DNA of 63,986 bases, filler included, from Chiloscyllium plagiosum (taxonomy: Eukaryota), in NCBI RefSeq assembly GCF_004010195.1. It is 4 parts of one record of this genome, joined end to end, with 100 filler letters (N's around TTAATTAATTAA, not from the genome) between each part and the next. Parts side by side here need not be neighbours in the genome. Positions count along the whole stretch, not along the records: positions 1 to 26,472 come from NC_057710.1; positions 26,573 to 54,714 come from NC_057710.1; 2 more parts are not named here. One strand, 5' to 3'. Under the pieces are notes generated by a model, which was not told where the DNA came from, ran no database searches, and saw only the letters and a program-made list of their open reading frames with translations. Both the position numbers and the translations under genes were made by a program. Shown here one piece after another: positions 22,906 through 36,229 of the stretch (its first letter is position 1; every line of letters starts with the position of its first letter).

Positions 22906-24224
22906 GATAGGTGAGGTCAGGTAGAGGGTTTGACCTAATCGGTCAATGGGTAACTGGTGACTAGGAGGAGTGGAAGGGAAGAGGAGTGGCTGGGTAGGGA
23001 GTCATCAGATGGAAAGTGAGGTTATGTCAGCACCCTTTCCCACATGATATCCGTATCGTATTTCATGATGGTGGCAGAGTAGGGCTCCTGTGTCGGAGCT
23101 TCTTCAGTCCAACCACTTTTTCGTTTCTTTTCCTTCCTTTGTTCCCTCATTGGTGTCAGTAGCAGTGAGATCCAGCATGGAAAAGTGAGACCCAGCAGTG
23201 AGACCCAGCCCACAACAATACATAAGTTTATTACATATCATTCAATAGCTAATTACCTTACATTTGAAATACAGGAGAATCCTTCATATGACCTCAGTCT
23301 GTAGTTAAGAGTGAGGAAAGATGTGTGCTACAAATTATTCTGGTAACACATGAAGACAGCTCCAGAACTCTTCACAGTAATAGTGGTCAGTGGAGTGGGC
23401 CAAGCAGGAAGTATCTTAGGTTAATCCAAGCAAGAGGTTAAAGATTATTGTCCCAAATAATGTCCAGATTCTCGAGGCATAGCTCAACAATTGTTTATTG
23501 AGCCAATGTTGGGTGAATCCCCACCAGAAAATATTCTCAGGTAGCACTCTAACTCAACAAGGATAATTATGAAGGCAGTACATGACACAAATTCCAAAAT
23601 GATTCATTTTAGACTAACACCTTGTTTCTCACATTTTCCAAAAGCACCAAGGTGCCTGTGATCCCTCATCTCTCCAGGTGCCATCCCTTCTCCTCTCTGA
23701 AGCCTGTTCTTCACTCCTATCCTTGAGTAAAACCCTTTGCTTTGTCTTTCTCAGTGTGGGACAGGCCATCCATACATTCCAGTTCCAAATAAACTCTCAG
23801 TGTTAATATTGGTTCAACCATGTTACACTTTCACAGAACCACTGTCTGTCTGCTGGACCAACATCTGGACATGTTTATGCAGTTTAACTCACTTTTCTTT
23901 TAACCTACTTTCTTGAACAAGCATGAATGAAAATGAACCTTAAGTGGTTTATATAATTATTGTTGATGGAATTAGCTCAAACTCTTTCTAATCATTATAC
24001 CAACTGGGACTTTATGTGGATTTGCAGTGTCACTCAAGTCATACCCACAATCCCCCCACAAACAATTGTTCTCAGGATGCCATATACAATGGTGAGCAGC
24101 AATGAGGATTTACCATGATCATATCCTATAGCTGCAATATAAACTGATCCACTTACCCCTCCCTACCAATATAACAGCAGTGAATCTGCAAAATACTTAA
24201 TGAGGGCAGAAATGATTTGGCCTT

Positions 24225-26472
24225 TCAAACTTCTTACCTTCAGGCCAACAGTCCACTTCAGAGCAGTGAGAGGAGGGAGCTGGGAGGAGATGACGTTGGT
24301 ACGAGGTGATTGTCGGGAAGGCCGGTAAGTACATTTAAACTTCTTACCTTCAGGCCAGCGAGGGAGGAGCGAGCAAAGGACTTCTGGGAAGGATAAGTAG
24401 ATCAGTTTATATTTGCGTGATTGCATTAACCGAGACACTACTCAGGTAGTGTCTCCCACCCATCCTCCTCTTCTAACCTAAAAAAAAAGCAGTGGAATGT
24501 TCCTCCTGCAGAATGTGGGAAGTCAGGGTCACCACACTACATCTGTGGGAAGTGCACCCAACACCAGCTCCTCAAAAACTGCGTTAGGGAACTGGAGCTC
24601 GACTTGGATGAACTTCGGATCATTCGGGAGGCAGAGGGGGTTATTGACAGGACTTACCGAGAGGTAGTCACTCCCCAGATAAAAGAAAAAGACAGATGGG
24701 TGACAGTTAGGGGACAGAAAGGGAACCAGCAGGCAGTGCAGGGATCCCCTGTGGCCATTCCCCTCAACAATATGTATACCGTTTNNNNNNNNNNNNNNNN
24801 NNNNNNNNNNNNNNNNNNNNNNNNNNNNNNNNNNNNNNNNNNNNNNNNNNNNNNNNNNNNNNNNNNNNNNNNNNNNNNNNNNNNNNNNNNNNNNNNNNNN
24901 NNNNNNNNNNNNNNNNNNNNNNNNNNNNNNNNNNNNNNNNNNNNNNNNNNNNNNNNNNNNNNNNNNNNNNNNNNNNNNNNNNNNNNNNNNNNNNNNNNNN
25001 NNNNNNNNNNNNNNNNNNNNNNNNNNNNNNNNNNNNNNNNNNNNNNNNNNNNNNNNNNNNNNNNNNNNNNNNNNNNNNNNNNNNNNNNNNNNNNNNNNNN
25101 NNNNNNNNNNNNNNNNNNNNNNNNNNNNNNNNNNNNNNNNNNNNNNNNNNNNNNNNNNNNNNNNNNNNNNNNNNNNNNNNNNNNNNNNNNNNNNNNNNNN
25201 NNNNNNNNNNNNNNNNNNNNNNNNNNNNNNNNNNNNNNNNNNNNNNNNNNNNNNNNNNNNNNNNNNNNNNNNNNNNNNNNNNNNNNNNNNNNNNNNNNNN
25301 NNNNNNNNNNNNNNNNNNNNNNNNAAATAAAGTGGGTGAACTGGCAGCGTGGGTTGGTACCTGGGACTTCAATGTTGTGGCCATTACGGAGACATGGATA
25401 GAGCAGGGACAGGAATGGCTGTTGCAGGTTCCGGGATTCAGATGTTTCAGTAAGAACAGAGAAAATGATAAAAAAGGGGGAGGTGTAGCATTGTTGATCA
25501 GGGACAATATGACAGTTGTAGAAAGGATGTTTGGGGACTCGTTAACTGAGGTAGTATGGGCTGAGGTTAGAAACAGGAAAGGAGAAGTCACCATGCTGGG
25601 AGTTTTCTATATATCTCCGAATAGTCCCAGAGATGTAGAGGAAAGGATAGCAAAAATGATTCTTGATGGGAGTGAGAGAGGCAGAGTAGTTGTCATGGGG
25701 GACTTCAACTATCCAAACATTGACTGGGATCACGACAGTACGAGTACTATAGATGGGTCAGTTTTTGTCCAGTGTGTGCAGGAGGGCTTCCTGACTCAGT
25801 ATGTAGACAAGCCTACAAGGGGCGAAGCCACTTTAGATTTAGTACTGGGTAATGAGCCTGGCCAGGTGTTAGATTTGGGAGTAGGTGAGCACTTTGGAGA
25901 CAGCGATCACAATTCTGTCAGGTTTACTTTTAGTGATGGAAAGGGATAGGTGTACTCCACCGAGCAAGAGTTACAGCTGGGGGAAGGGAAATTACGATGC
26001 AATTAGGAAAGATTTAAGAAGCGTAGAATAGGTAAGGAAACTGCAGGGGATGAGCATATTAAAAATGTGGAGCTTATTCAAGGAAAAGCTCCTGTGTGTC
26101 CGAGATAAGTAGGTATCTGTCGGGCAGGGAGGAAGATATAGAACACATGACCCGTGGTTTACTAAGGAAGTGGAGTCCTTGGTCAAGAAGAAGAAGAAGG
26201 TTTATGTTAGGACAAAATGTGAAAACTCAGTTAGAGCGCTTGAGGGTTACAAGGAAGTCAGGACAGACCTAAAAAGAGAGCTCAGAGGAGCCAGGAGGAG
26301 ACATGAGAAGTTGTTGGCGGATAGGATCAGGGTTAACCCTAAGGCTTTCCATTAGTATGTCAGGAATAAAAGAATGACGAGAGTTAAATTAGGGCCAATC
26401 AAGTATAATAGTGGGAAGTTGTGTGTGGAGTCAGAGGAGATAGGGGAAGCACTAAATAAATATTTTTCGACA
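24225..26472 (+). mobile_element. CR1 LINE 5' half (5'UTR, ORF1 zinc finger/coiled coil, ORF2 endonuclease), cut by assembly gaps
   Basis: CSSCRMWEV...YICGKCTQ...ELRIIREAE; ORF 25332-25949 with VVAITETW, GGGVALLIR, MGDFNYPNIDW, LDLVLGN, GDSDHNSV; repeated aaacttcttaccttcaggcca in the 5'UTR. Confidence 0.92.
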
Positions 26473-26572
26473 NNNNNNNNNNNNNNNNNNNNNNNNNNNN
26501 NNNNNNNNNNNNNNNNTTAATTAATTAANNNNNNNNNNNNNNNNNNNNNNNNNNNNNNNNNNNNNNNNNNNN
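26473..26572. other. Artificial scaffold spacer (N44-TTAATTAATTAA-N44)
   Basis: Six-frame-stop 12-mer at 26517-26528 inside Ns; same construct at 54759 and 61420. Confidence 0.95.
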
Positions 26573-29083
26573 ACAGGAGGACTGAATCACAGGAGGACTG
26601 GATCACAGAAGGACTGGATCACAGGAGGACTGGATCACAGGATGACTAGGTCACAGGAGGACTGGGTCACCGGGGAACTGGATCACAGGAGGACTGGATC
26701 TCAGAAGGACTAGGTAACAGGAGGACTGGATCACAGGAGGACTGGATTGTAGGAGGACTGGGTCACCGGGGAACTGGATCACAGGAGGACTGGATCAAAG
26801 GAGGATTGGATCACAGGAGGACTGGATCACAGGAGGACGAGGTCACAGGAGGACTGGATCACAGGAGGACTGGATCACAGGAGGACTGGATCGCAGGAGG
26901 GCTAGGTCACAGGAGGATTGGGTCACCGGGGAACTGGATCACAGGAGGACTGGATCACAGGAGGAAGAATCACAGGAGGCCAGGGTCACCGGGGAACTGC
27001 ATCACAGGAGGACTGGATCTCAGGAGGACTAGGTAACAGGAGGACTGGATCACAGGAGAACTTGGTCACAGGAGGACTGGATCACAGGAGGACTGAATCA
27101 CTGGAGGACTGGGTCACAGGAGGATTGGATCACAGGAGGACTGGATCACGGGAGGACTGGATCTCAGGAGGTCTGGATCACAGGAGGATTGGATCACAGG
27201 AGGACTGGATCACAGGAGGATTGGATCACAGGAGGACTGGGTCACTGGGGAACTGGATCACAGGAGGACTGGATCTCAGGAGGACTGGATCACAGGAGAA
27301 CTGGATCACAGGAGGACTGGGTCACCGGGAAACTGGATCACAGGAGGACTGGATCGCAGGAGGACTAGGTCACAGGAGGACTGGGTCACCAGGGAACTGG
27401 ATCACAGGAGGACTGGATCACAGGAGGACTGGATCACAGGAGGACTGGGTCACAGGAGGACTGGATCACAGGAGGACTGATTCACAGGAGGACTGGATCA
27501 CAGGAGGATTGTATCACAGGAGGACTGGATCACGGGAGGACTGGATCGTAGGAGGACTTGATCACAGGAGGATTGGATCACAAGAGGACTGGATCACAGG
27601 AGGACTAGGTCACAGGAGGACTAGGTCACAGGAGGACTGGATCACAGGAGGACTGGGTCACAGGAGGACTAGGTCACAGGAGGACTGGGTCACATGAGGA
27701 CTGGATTGTAGGAGGACTGGGTCACGGGAGGACTGGATCACAGGAGGATTGGATCACAGGAGTACTGGATCACAGGAGGACTGGATCACAGGAGGACTGG
27801 ATCGTAGGAGGACTGGGTCACCGGGGAACTGGATCACAGGAGGACTGGATCACAGGAGGACTGGATCACAGGAGGACTGGATCACAGGAGGACTAGGTCA
27901 AGGAGGACTGGGTCACCGGGGAACTGGATCACAGGAGGACTGGATCACAGGAGGGCTGACTCACAGGAGGACTGGATCACAGGATGACTGGATCACAGGA
28001 GGACTGGATCAAAGGCGGACTAGATCACAGGAGGACTGAGTCACAGGAGGAATGAGTCAAAGGAGGACTGGATCACAGGAGGACGAGGTCACAGGAGTAC
28101 TGGATTACAGGAGGACTGAATCACAGGAGGACTGGATCACAGAAGGACTGGATCACAGCAGGACTGGATCACAGGATGACTAGGTCACAGGAGGACTGGG
28201 TCACCGGGGAACTGGATCACAGGAGGACTGGATCACAGGAAGACTGGATCGTAGGAGGACTGGGTCACCGGGGAACTGGATCACAGGAGGACTGGATCAC
28301 AGGAAGACTGGATCGTAGGAGGACTGGGTCACCGGGGAACTGGATCACAGGAGGACTGGATCACAGGAAGACTGGATCGTAGGAGGACTGGGTCACCGGG
28401 GAACTGGATCACAGGAGGACTGGATCACAGGAAGACTGGATCGTAGGAGGACTGGGTCACCGGGGAACTGGATCACAGGAGGACTGGATCACAGGAAGAC
28501 TGGATCGTAGGAGGACTGGGTCACCGGGGAACTGGATCACAGGAGGACTGGATCACAGGAAGACTGGATCGTAGGAGGACTGGGTCACCGGGGAACTGGA
28601 TCACAGGAGGACTGGATCACAGGAAGACTGGATCGTAGGAGGACTGGGTCACCGGGGAACTGGATCACAGGAGGACTGGATCACAGGAAGACTGGATCGT
28701 AGGAGGACTGGGTCACCGGGGAACTGGATCACAGGAGGACTGGATCACAGGAGGACTGAGTCACAGGAGGACTGGATCACAGGAGGACTGAGTCACAGGA
28801 GGACTGGATCACAGGAGGACTGAGTCACAGGAGGACTGGATCACAGGAGGACTGAGTCACAGGAGGACTGGATCACAGGAGGACTGAGTCACAGGAGGAC
28901 TGGATCACAGGAGGACTGAGTCACAGGAGGACTGGATCACAGGAGGACTGAGTCACAGGAGGACTGGATCACAGGAGGACTGAATCACAGGAGGACTGGA
29001 TCACAGAAGGACTGGATCACAGGAGGACTGGATCACAGGAAGACTGGATCGTAGGAGGACTGGGTCACCGGGGAACTGGATCA
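26573..29083 (+). repeat. 16-bp satellite array 1 (GGAGGACTGGATCACA) with 64-bp and 32-bp higher-order blocks
   Basis: Visible tandem units; 64-bp block about 28200-28740; 32-bp block about 28740-28980. Confidence 0.97.
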
Positions 29084-29659
29084 ATTTGCCAACACTTGGC
29101 CTTATATCCCTCTAAATCCTCCTATTTGTGTACCCATCCAGAGAGGAAGGATTTAAAAGGAATATAAGGGGCAAAGTTTTCACACAAAAGATGGTGCCTG
29201 TATGGATTGAGCTACTAAAGGAGGTAGTCCTGGCCTAATTTGCCTTTCCAAAATGTAGCACCTCACATCTATCTAAATTATACTCCATCTGCCACTCCTC
29301 AAGCCATTGGCCCATCTGATCAAGGTCCTGTTATACTCTGAGCCCAGGATACTTGAATCCCAGCTGTCTCCCATTCCTGACCTTCCCAGTTCCCTGTGAC
29401 CTCCTTGGAAACTATGAGCTGAAATGTTTCTGGCCACTTCAAGGTGGACTTGAAAGCAAGACTCGGGAAGGGTGGAGGAGAGGGATTGTTGGATGGAGGG
29501 AAACAAATAAATATTTCAGCCTCTTTAGGTGAAACACCCTGTTGTGGACATGTTGGCAATGTCTGTGAACGTGACCATAGCTGGTGGGTAACAGGACAGT
29601 TTGTTGTTGCTATCTGAGGGCAAGACTCACTTTGTCCTGTTACCAGAATGTCAGGCAAG

Positions 29660-31340
29660 TTCACTCAGTTGATTCCGGAGTTGAGGGGTCGGCTTATCAG
29701 GAGAGATTGTGTAGACTGGGATTATATTCACTGGAATTCGGAAGAATGAGGGGGGATTTTATGGAAAAGAACAAAGAACAAAGAAAATCTGCAGCCCAGG
29801 AACAGCCTGTGCTAATCCAAATCCACTGTCTAAACCTATCGCCCAATTCCTAAGGATCTATGTCCCTCTGCTCCCCACCTACCCATGCATCTGTCCAGAC
29901 ACATCTTAAATTCATCTACCGTGCCTGCCTCTACTCCTCTGCTGGCAACATGTTCCAGACGCCTACCACCCTCTGTGTCAAGTATTTTCCACGTATATCT
30001 CCCTTAAACATTTCTCCTCTCACCTTGCACACGTGACCTCTCGTTATTGAATCCCTCACCCTGGGAAAAAGCTTATCTCTTTCCACCCTGTCTATAATCT
30101 TCATGATTTTGTAAACCTCAGTCAGGTCTCCCCATAATCTCCTTTTTTCTAATGAAAACAATCCTAACCTACTCAACCTCTCTTCATAGCTAGCACCTTC
30201 CATACCAGACAACATCTTCATAAATCTTCTCTGCACCCTCTCCAAAGCATACACATCCCTTTGGCAAGTATACCATGTGCCTTCTTGACCACTCTATCCA
30301 CCTGTACAGCCACCTTCAGGGTAAAATGGACCTGTACTCTCAGATCTCTCTATTCATCAACTTTTCCCAAGGCTCTTCCATTTACAATATAGTTTGCTCG
30401 AGAATTAGACCTTCCAAAATGCATCACCTCACATTTGCTCAGATTGAACTCCATCTACCACTTCGCCTCACAACTCTCTAGTCTATCTATATCCTCCTGT
30501 ATTCTTTGACAGTTCCCTATGCTTTCTGCTACTCCACTAATCTTCGTGTCATCTGCAAACTTACTGATCACACCAACATTGCCCTCTTCCAGATCATTTA
30601 TGTATATCACAAACAACAGTGACCCCAGCACTGACCCCTGTGGAACACAACTGATCACCTTGCCCCATTTCGAGAAACTCCCTTCAACTACTACTCTCTG
30701 TCTCCTGTTGCTCAACCAGTTCTTTATCCACCCTGAACACCCCTGCACACCATGTGACTTCACTTTCTCTATTAGTCTACTGTGGGGAACCTTATCAAAC
30801 ACCTTACTAAAGTCCACGTATATGACACCTACAGCCCTTCCTTCATCTATCAACTTGGTCACTTCCTTGAAGAACTCTTTTAAGTTGGTAAGGCACAATC
30901 TCCTCCACACAAAACCATGTTGCTTATCATGGATAAGCCCATTGTCTTCCAAATATAAATAGATCCTATCCCTCAGAAACATATAAAATTATGAAGGGAA
31001 CAGTTAAGATGGAAGTAGAGAGGATGTTTCCACTGGCGGGTGAAACTAGGATGAGCGGGCACAGCCTTAAGGTTAGAGGGAGCAGATTTAGGACCGAATT
31101 GAGAACCCAGAGGGTTGTAAACCTATGGAATTCCTTGCCCAGTGAAGTAGGTGACGCTAAGTCAGTCAACATTTTTAAAGCCAAGATAGATTTTTTTAAC
31201 AATAAAGGAATTAAGGGTTATGATGAGAGAGCAGGTATTTGGAGCTGAGTCCACAAAAAGATCAGCCGTGATCTTATTGAATGGTGGAGCTGGCTCGAGG
31301 GGCCAGATGGCCTACTCCTGCTCCTAGTTCTTATGTCCTT
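29660..31340. mobile_element. CR1 3' element (+) split by a nested minus-strand CR1 RT/3' fragment (about 29766-30975)
   Basis: Plus CR1 sequence stops at about 29765 and resumes at about 30976; minus ORFs carry QHGFVWRRLCLTNL, YVDFSKVFDKVPH and SKFADDTK. Confidence 0.85.
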
Positions 31341-31489
31341 CTGTTTATTCCAGAATCACTGGGTGGGGTCCACACACCACTTTGTGGAGGGGGGTTTCTC
31401 ACAGGAAAGGAGGCCTGGAGGCAATGGCCAACATTTATTTTCTAAACATTCAAAGATCTTCAGAGTGTGCGCTCACTATTTCCATCCTG

Positions 31490-32070
31490 AGTCCATCCTG
31501 TCAATATAGAATGGATATTATTAAGCTGGAGGGGGTTCAGAACAGATTTACCAGGATGTTGTAGGATATGGAAGGTATCCTGATAAAGGGCCTATGCCTG
31601 AAACGTTGATTCTCCTGCTCCTCGGATGCTGCCTGACTTGCTGTGCTTTTCCAGCACCACACACTCGACTATGATCTCCAACATCTGCAGTTCTCACTTT
31701 GTGCTATGGAAAATGTGAGCCATTAAGAAAGCCTGGATAGACTGGGACCTTTTTGACTGGAGCAGAGGAGGTTCAGAGGTGATCATGAGGGGTATGGATA
31801 GAATTAATGGTAGGTGTCTTTGCCCGAGGATGGGGGAATTGAAGACGAGGGGTACATCTTTAAGGTGAGAGGAGAGGGATTTAAAAAAGACATAAGTGAC
31901 AAATATTTAACACAGAGGGTGGTTTGCATATGGAATTAACTTCCTGAGTAAGTGGTCAGTTTTGTCACAATTACAGCGTTTAAAAGACATTTGGATAAGT
32001 ACAGGAATAGGAAAGGTTTGGAGGGATATAGGCCAGGAGCAGGCAGGTGGGACTAAGTTATTTTGGGATT
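31490..32070 (+). mobile_element. CR1 3' fragment with a nested Penelope-derived short element (about 31575-31705)
   Basis: IKLEGVQNRFTRML motif; insert cctgataaagggcctatgcctgaaacgttg...ctccaacatctgcag. Confidence 0.8.
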
Positions 32071-32144
32071 NNNNNNNNNNNNNNNNNNNNNNNNNNNNNN
32101 NNNNNNNNNNNNNNNNNNNNNNNNNNNNNNNNNNNNNNNNNNNN

Positions 32145-32320
32145 CCTCCTCCCTACCTTTTATCTTAGCCTGCTGGGCACACTTTCCTCATTCCTGACGA
32201 AGGGCTTATGCCCGAAACGTCGATTCTCCTGTTCCCTGGATGCCTGCCTGACCTGCTGCGCTTTTCCAGCAACACATTTTCAGCTCTGATCTCCAGCATC
32301 TGCAGCCCTCACTTTCTCTC
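32145..32320 (+). mobile_element. Penelope-derived short element with an intact minimal hammerhead core (32194-32221)
   Basis: CTGACGA-A-GGGC(TTAT)GCCC-GAAACGTC followed by the family tail. Confidence 0.8.
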
Positions 32321-32564
32321 TGCCATATATTTTAGCTTTGTAGCTGCTGGTTAATCAGAGACTGGCACTTTCTGGGTTCTTAAGGACTACTGTTTACTTC
32401 TTGCAGGTTCCAGCGAGGAGAATGTGGGTCATTTTTAGCCCTATTGTGGGGAGGAAATCACAGTGGGGATGGGGGGGGGAAGAGTTGGGTTGGTACTGGA
32501 TATTTCAAAGACAAGGGGTGGCTTTCAAAGGCCCCTCCTTGCCCCTCATCATGTCTCCTCAGAT

Positions 32565-33272
32565 AGAGCCATAGAATTATATGCCACAGAACAAGACCCT
32601 TCGGCCCAACTCCTCCATGCCAATCAGATATCCTAAACTGATCCAATCCCATTTGCCAGCATTTGGCCCATATCACTCCTATTCATATACCTATCCAGAT
32701 GCCTTTTTAAGTGTAGTAATTGTACCAGCCTCCAGAACGTTCTCAAGCAGCTTGTTCCACCCTCTGTGTGAAAAAGGTTTCTCCTCTCACCTTTAACCTG
32801 TCCCCTCTAGATGAGGAGGCAGGTCATCCTGTTTGAGAAAATAGCCACTTTTGTAATCCAGGCAATGGTGAATTGAAACACTTCAATGGACATTAGTTGA
32901 CCTCAAAAGGGCATTAATTGGTGGCATGTTAATCATAGAATCCCTACAATATTGAAACAGGCCCTTTGGCCTAACAAGTCCACACCGACCCTCTGAAGAG
33001 CAACCCACCCAGACCTATTCTTCTCCTCTATTTACCCCTGACTAATGCGCCTAACCTACACACCCCTGGACACTATGGATAATTTAGCATGGCCAATTCA
33101 CCTAACCTGCACATCTTTGGACTGTAGGAGGAAACCGGAGCACCCGGAGAAAACTCACAAAGATACGGAGACAACATGCAAACTCCACACAGACAGCCAC
33201 CCGAGGCTGGAAGTGAACCTGGATATCTGGCGCTCTGAGGTAGCAGGGCTAACCACTGAGCCACTGTGCCAC
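32565..33272 (-). mobile_element. CR1 3' end (about 32565-32810) and HE1/V-SINE (about 32935-33272)
   Basis: CR1 tail motifs; SINE head ggtggcacagtggctcagtggttagc on minus. Confidence 0.85.
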
Positions 33273-33921
33273 CCCACAGGTGGTTGGCCATAGACCTTTT
33301 GCCCAGATGTTAATCAGTGACACATGGAGTGGAGTTTGATGATCACTCCAGGTCGAATCCACCCAATTTATTCTCCTGCTTGCCACCTTGTCTTGCCACC
33401 AGCAGGAAGAGGAGAATGGCCGTGAGAAGGTCTGATCTTCCATTGCTGGTATGTAACAGGTTAGAACTGTCTTCACAGAAGGACAGGTGAAGGTTAGCAG
33501 TAAAATGTTAAACAAGCTGCCTCAGGAGCAGCACATCTCCAGTGAGTCACGCTAAGCCTCCTGGCTGGAGACATTTGTCATAATCATGCAGCTGCTGTTG
33601 GTGATGGGTTTTATTTTTAGTTCTTTTAGTAAATATTCAGCTGAAAAAGAAGGCAATCTTAATGAGCTTCTTTTTTGTCTTTATTTTGGCTGCAAAATTA
33701 AACTAATATGAAGCGACTCTGGAGGAAGGGTCCCTGGTGAGATATTTTCCTTCAATATAAGCCTTCACTCAAGTTCAAACAGAGTGCAGCCACAGCTGTG
33801 GGAAGTGAATTATTCAGTGCTGCTCAGTATGTCATGGAATGCAATGCAGCAGCACTGCTCACTGGGAGCATGGCACAGGCAGTTTCAAGTCTTGTTCCCA
33901 ACCTGTGCGGCATTACCAGTT

Positions 33922-35691
33922 GGAGGACTGGATCACAGGAGGATTGGATCACAGGAGGACTGGATCACGGGAGGGCTGGATCGTGGACGACTGGATCACA
34001 GGAGGATTGGATCACAGGAGGAATCGATCACAGGAGGACTGAGTCACAGGAGGACTAGGTCACAGGAGGACTGGATCACAAGAGGACTGGATCTCAGGAG
34101 GACTAGGTCACAGGAGAACTGGATCAGAGGAGGACTGGATCACAAGAGGACTGGATCTTGGGAGGACTAGGTCACAGGAGAACTGGATTACAGGAGGACT
34201 GGATCACTTGAGGACTGAGTCACAGGAGGACTAGGTCACAGGAGGACTAGATCACAGGAGGACTGGATCACAGGAGGACTGAGTCACAGGAGGACTGGAT
34301 CACAGGAGGACTGGATCACAGGAGGACTAGGTCACAGGAGGACTGGATCACAGGAGGACTGGATCACAGGAAGACTGGATCGTAGGAGGACTGGGTCACC
34401 GGGGAACTGGATCAAAGGAGCACAGGAGGACTGGATCACAGGAGGACTGGATCGTAGGAGAACTGGGTCACAGGAGAACTGGATCACAGGAGAACTGAGT
34501 CACAGGAGGACTGGATCACAGGAGGACTGGATCGTAGGAGAACTGGGTCACAGGAGAACTGGATCACAGGAGAACTGAGTCACAGGAGGACTGGATCACA
34601 GGAGGACTGGATCGTAGGAGAACTGGGTCACAGGAGAACTGGATCACAGGAGAACTGAGTCACAGGAGGACTGGATCACAGGAGGAATGGATTGTAGGAG
34701 GACTGGATCACAGGAGGACTGGATTGTAGGAGGACTGGGTCACAGGAGGACTGGATCACAGGAGGACTGGATCACAGGAGGAATGGATTGTAGGAGGACT
34801 GGATCACAGGAGGACTGGATCACAGGAGGACTGGGTCACAGGAGGACTGAATCACAGGAGAACTGGATCACGGGGTCTGGATCACAGGAGAACTGGATCA
34901 CAGGAGGACTGGTTCACAGGAGGACTGAATCACAGGAGGACTGGATCACAGGAGGACTGGGTCACAGGAGGACTGGATCACAGGAGGAATGGATCATAGG
35001 AGGACTGGATCACAGGAGGACTGGATCACAGGAGGACTGGATCGTAGGAGAACTGGGTCACAGGAGAACTGGATCACAGGAGAACTGAGTCACAGGAGGA
35101 CTGGATCACAGGAGGACTGGATCACAGGAGGACTGAGTCACAGGAGGACTGGATCACAGGAGGACTGGATCACAGGAGGAATGGATCATAGGAGGACTGG
35201 GTCACAGGAGAACTGGATCACAGGAGGACTGAGTCACAGGAGGACTGGATCACAGGAGGACTGAGTCACAGGAGGTCTGGATCACAGGAGGACTGGATCA
35301 CAGGAGGACTGGATTACAGGAGGACTGGGTCACAGGAGGATTGGTCACAGGAGGACTGGATCACAGGAGGACTGGATTACAGGAGGACTGGATCGTAGGA
35401 GGACTGGGTCACAGGAGGACTGGATCACAGGAGGACTGGGTCACTTGGTCACAGGAGGACTGGATCACAGGAGTACTGGATCTCAGGAGGACTGGGTCAC
35501 AGGATGACTGGATCGTAGGAGGACTGGATCACAGGAGAACTGGATCACAGGAGGACTGGATCACAGGAGGACTGGGTCACAGGAGGACTTGATCACAGGA
35601 GGACTGGGTCACTTGGTCACAGGAGGACTGGATCACAGGAGAACTGGATCACAGGAGGACTGAATCACAGGAGGACTGGATCACAGGAGGA
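33922..35691 (+). repeat. 16-bp satellite array 2
   Basis: Same GGAGGACTGGATCACA unit, with its own variant units (ggagaact, ggaggaat). Confidence 0.97.
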
Positions 35692-35814
35692 TTCCCAGCT
35701 GTGCGCTTACTCACATAAGCCATATAGGAAGGCAATCTGAAAGAGGACCAATGCCAGGGAGACCCTAATGGCTCTGTCGCTGGGCTAATAAGAGAGACAT
35801 TTGGGGGTCATTGA

Positions 35815-36150
35815 GAGGCTAGTGGCATTATCACTGGTTGTTAATCCAGAGACCCAGGTAATGTCCAGTGACCCGGCTTTGAAGCCTGACACGGCAGATG
35901 GTCGAGATGGAATTCAATAGCAGTCTGGAATTAAGAGTTTAATAATGACCAAGAGATCATTATTTATTGTTGGGAAAAACCCACCTGGTTCACTACTTTC
36001 TTTTAGGGAATGAAATCTGCCACCGTTACCTGGTCGGGCCTACCTGTGACTCCAGCCCCACAGCAATGTGGTTGACTCTTAACAATCAAGAATGGGTTAT
36101 AAACGTTGGCCTCGCCAGTTATATTCCCGTCCTGTGAATGAATAAAAAAT
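35815..36150 (+). mobile_element. tRNA-derived SINE of a second family (another copy on minus at about 56590-56935)
   Basis: agtggcattatcactgg...ttaatccagagacccaggtaatg head; ...cctgtgaatgaataaaaaa tail. Confidence 0.75.
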
Positions 36151-36229
36151 AGAGTTTTTACTGCATGGAAAGGGCTCTTTGGCCCATCATGTGCAAACTA
36201 GTCATCAAACAGCCGCCTATTCTAACCAT

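Noticed and set aside
23449..23763. Possible element with TGTCCCA...TGGGACA termini
   Set aside because: Only 7-bp inverted ends and no target-site duplication.
24604..25594. Long ORFs spanning N runs (also 41276-42126)
   Set aside because: Their length is an artefact of reading through assembly gaps.
26573..35691. CRISPR-like array or repeat-protein ORFs (GGLDHRRTGSQEDWIT)
   Set aside because: Contiguous 16-bp units without unique spacers, no cas genes, eukaryotic context.
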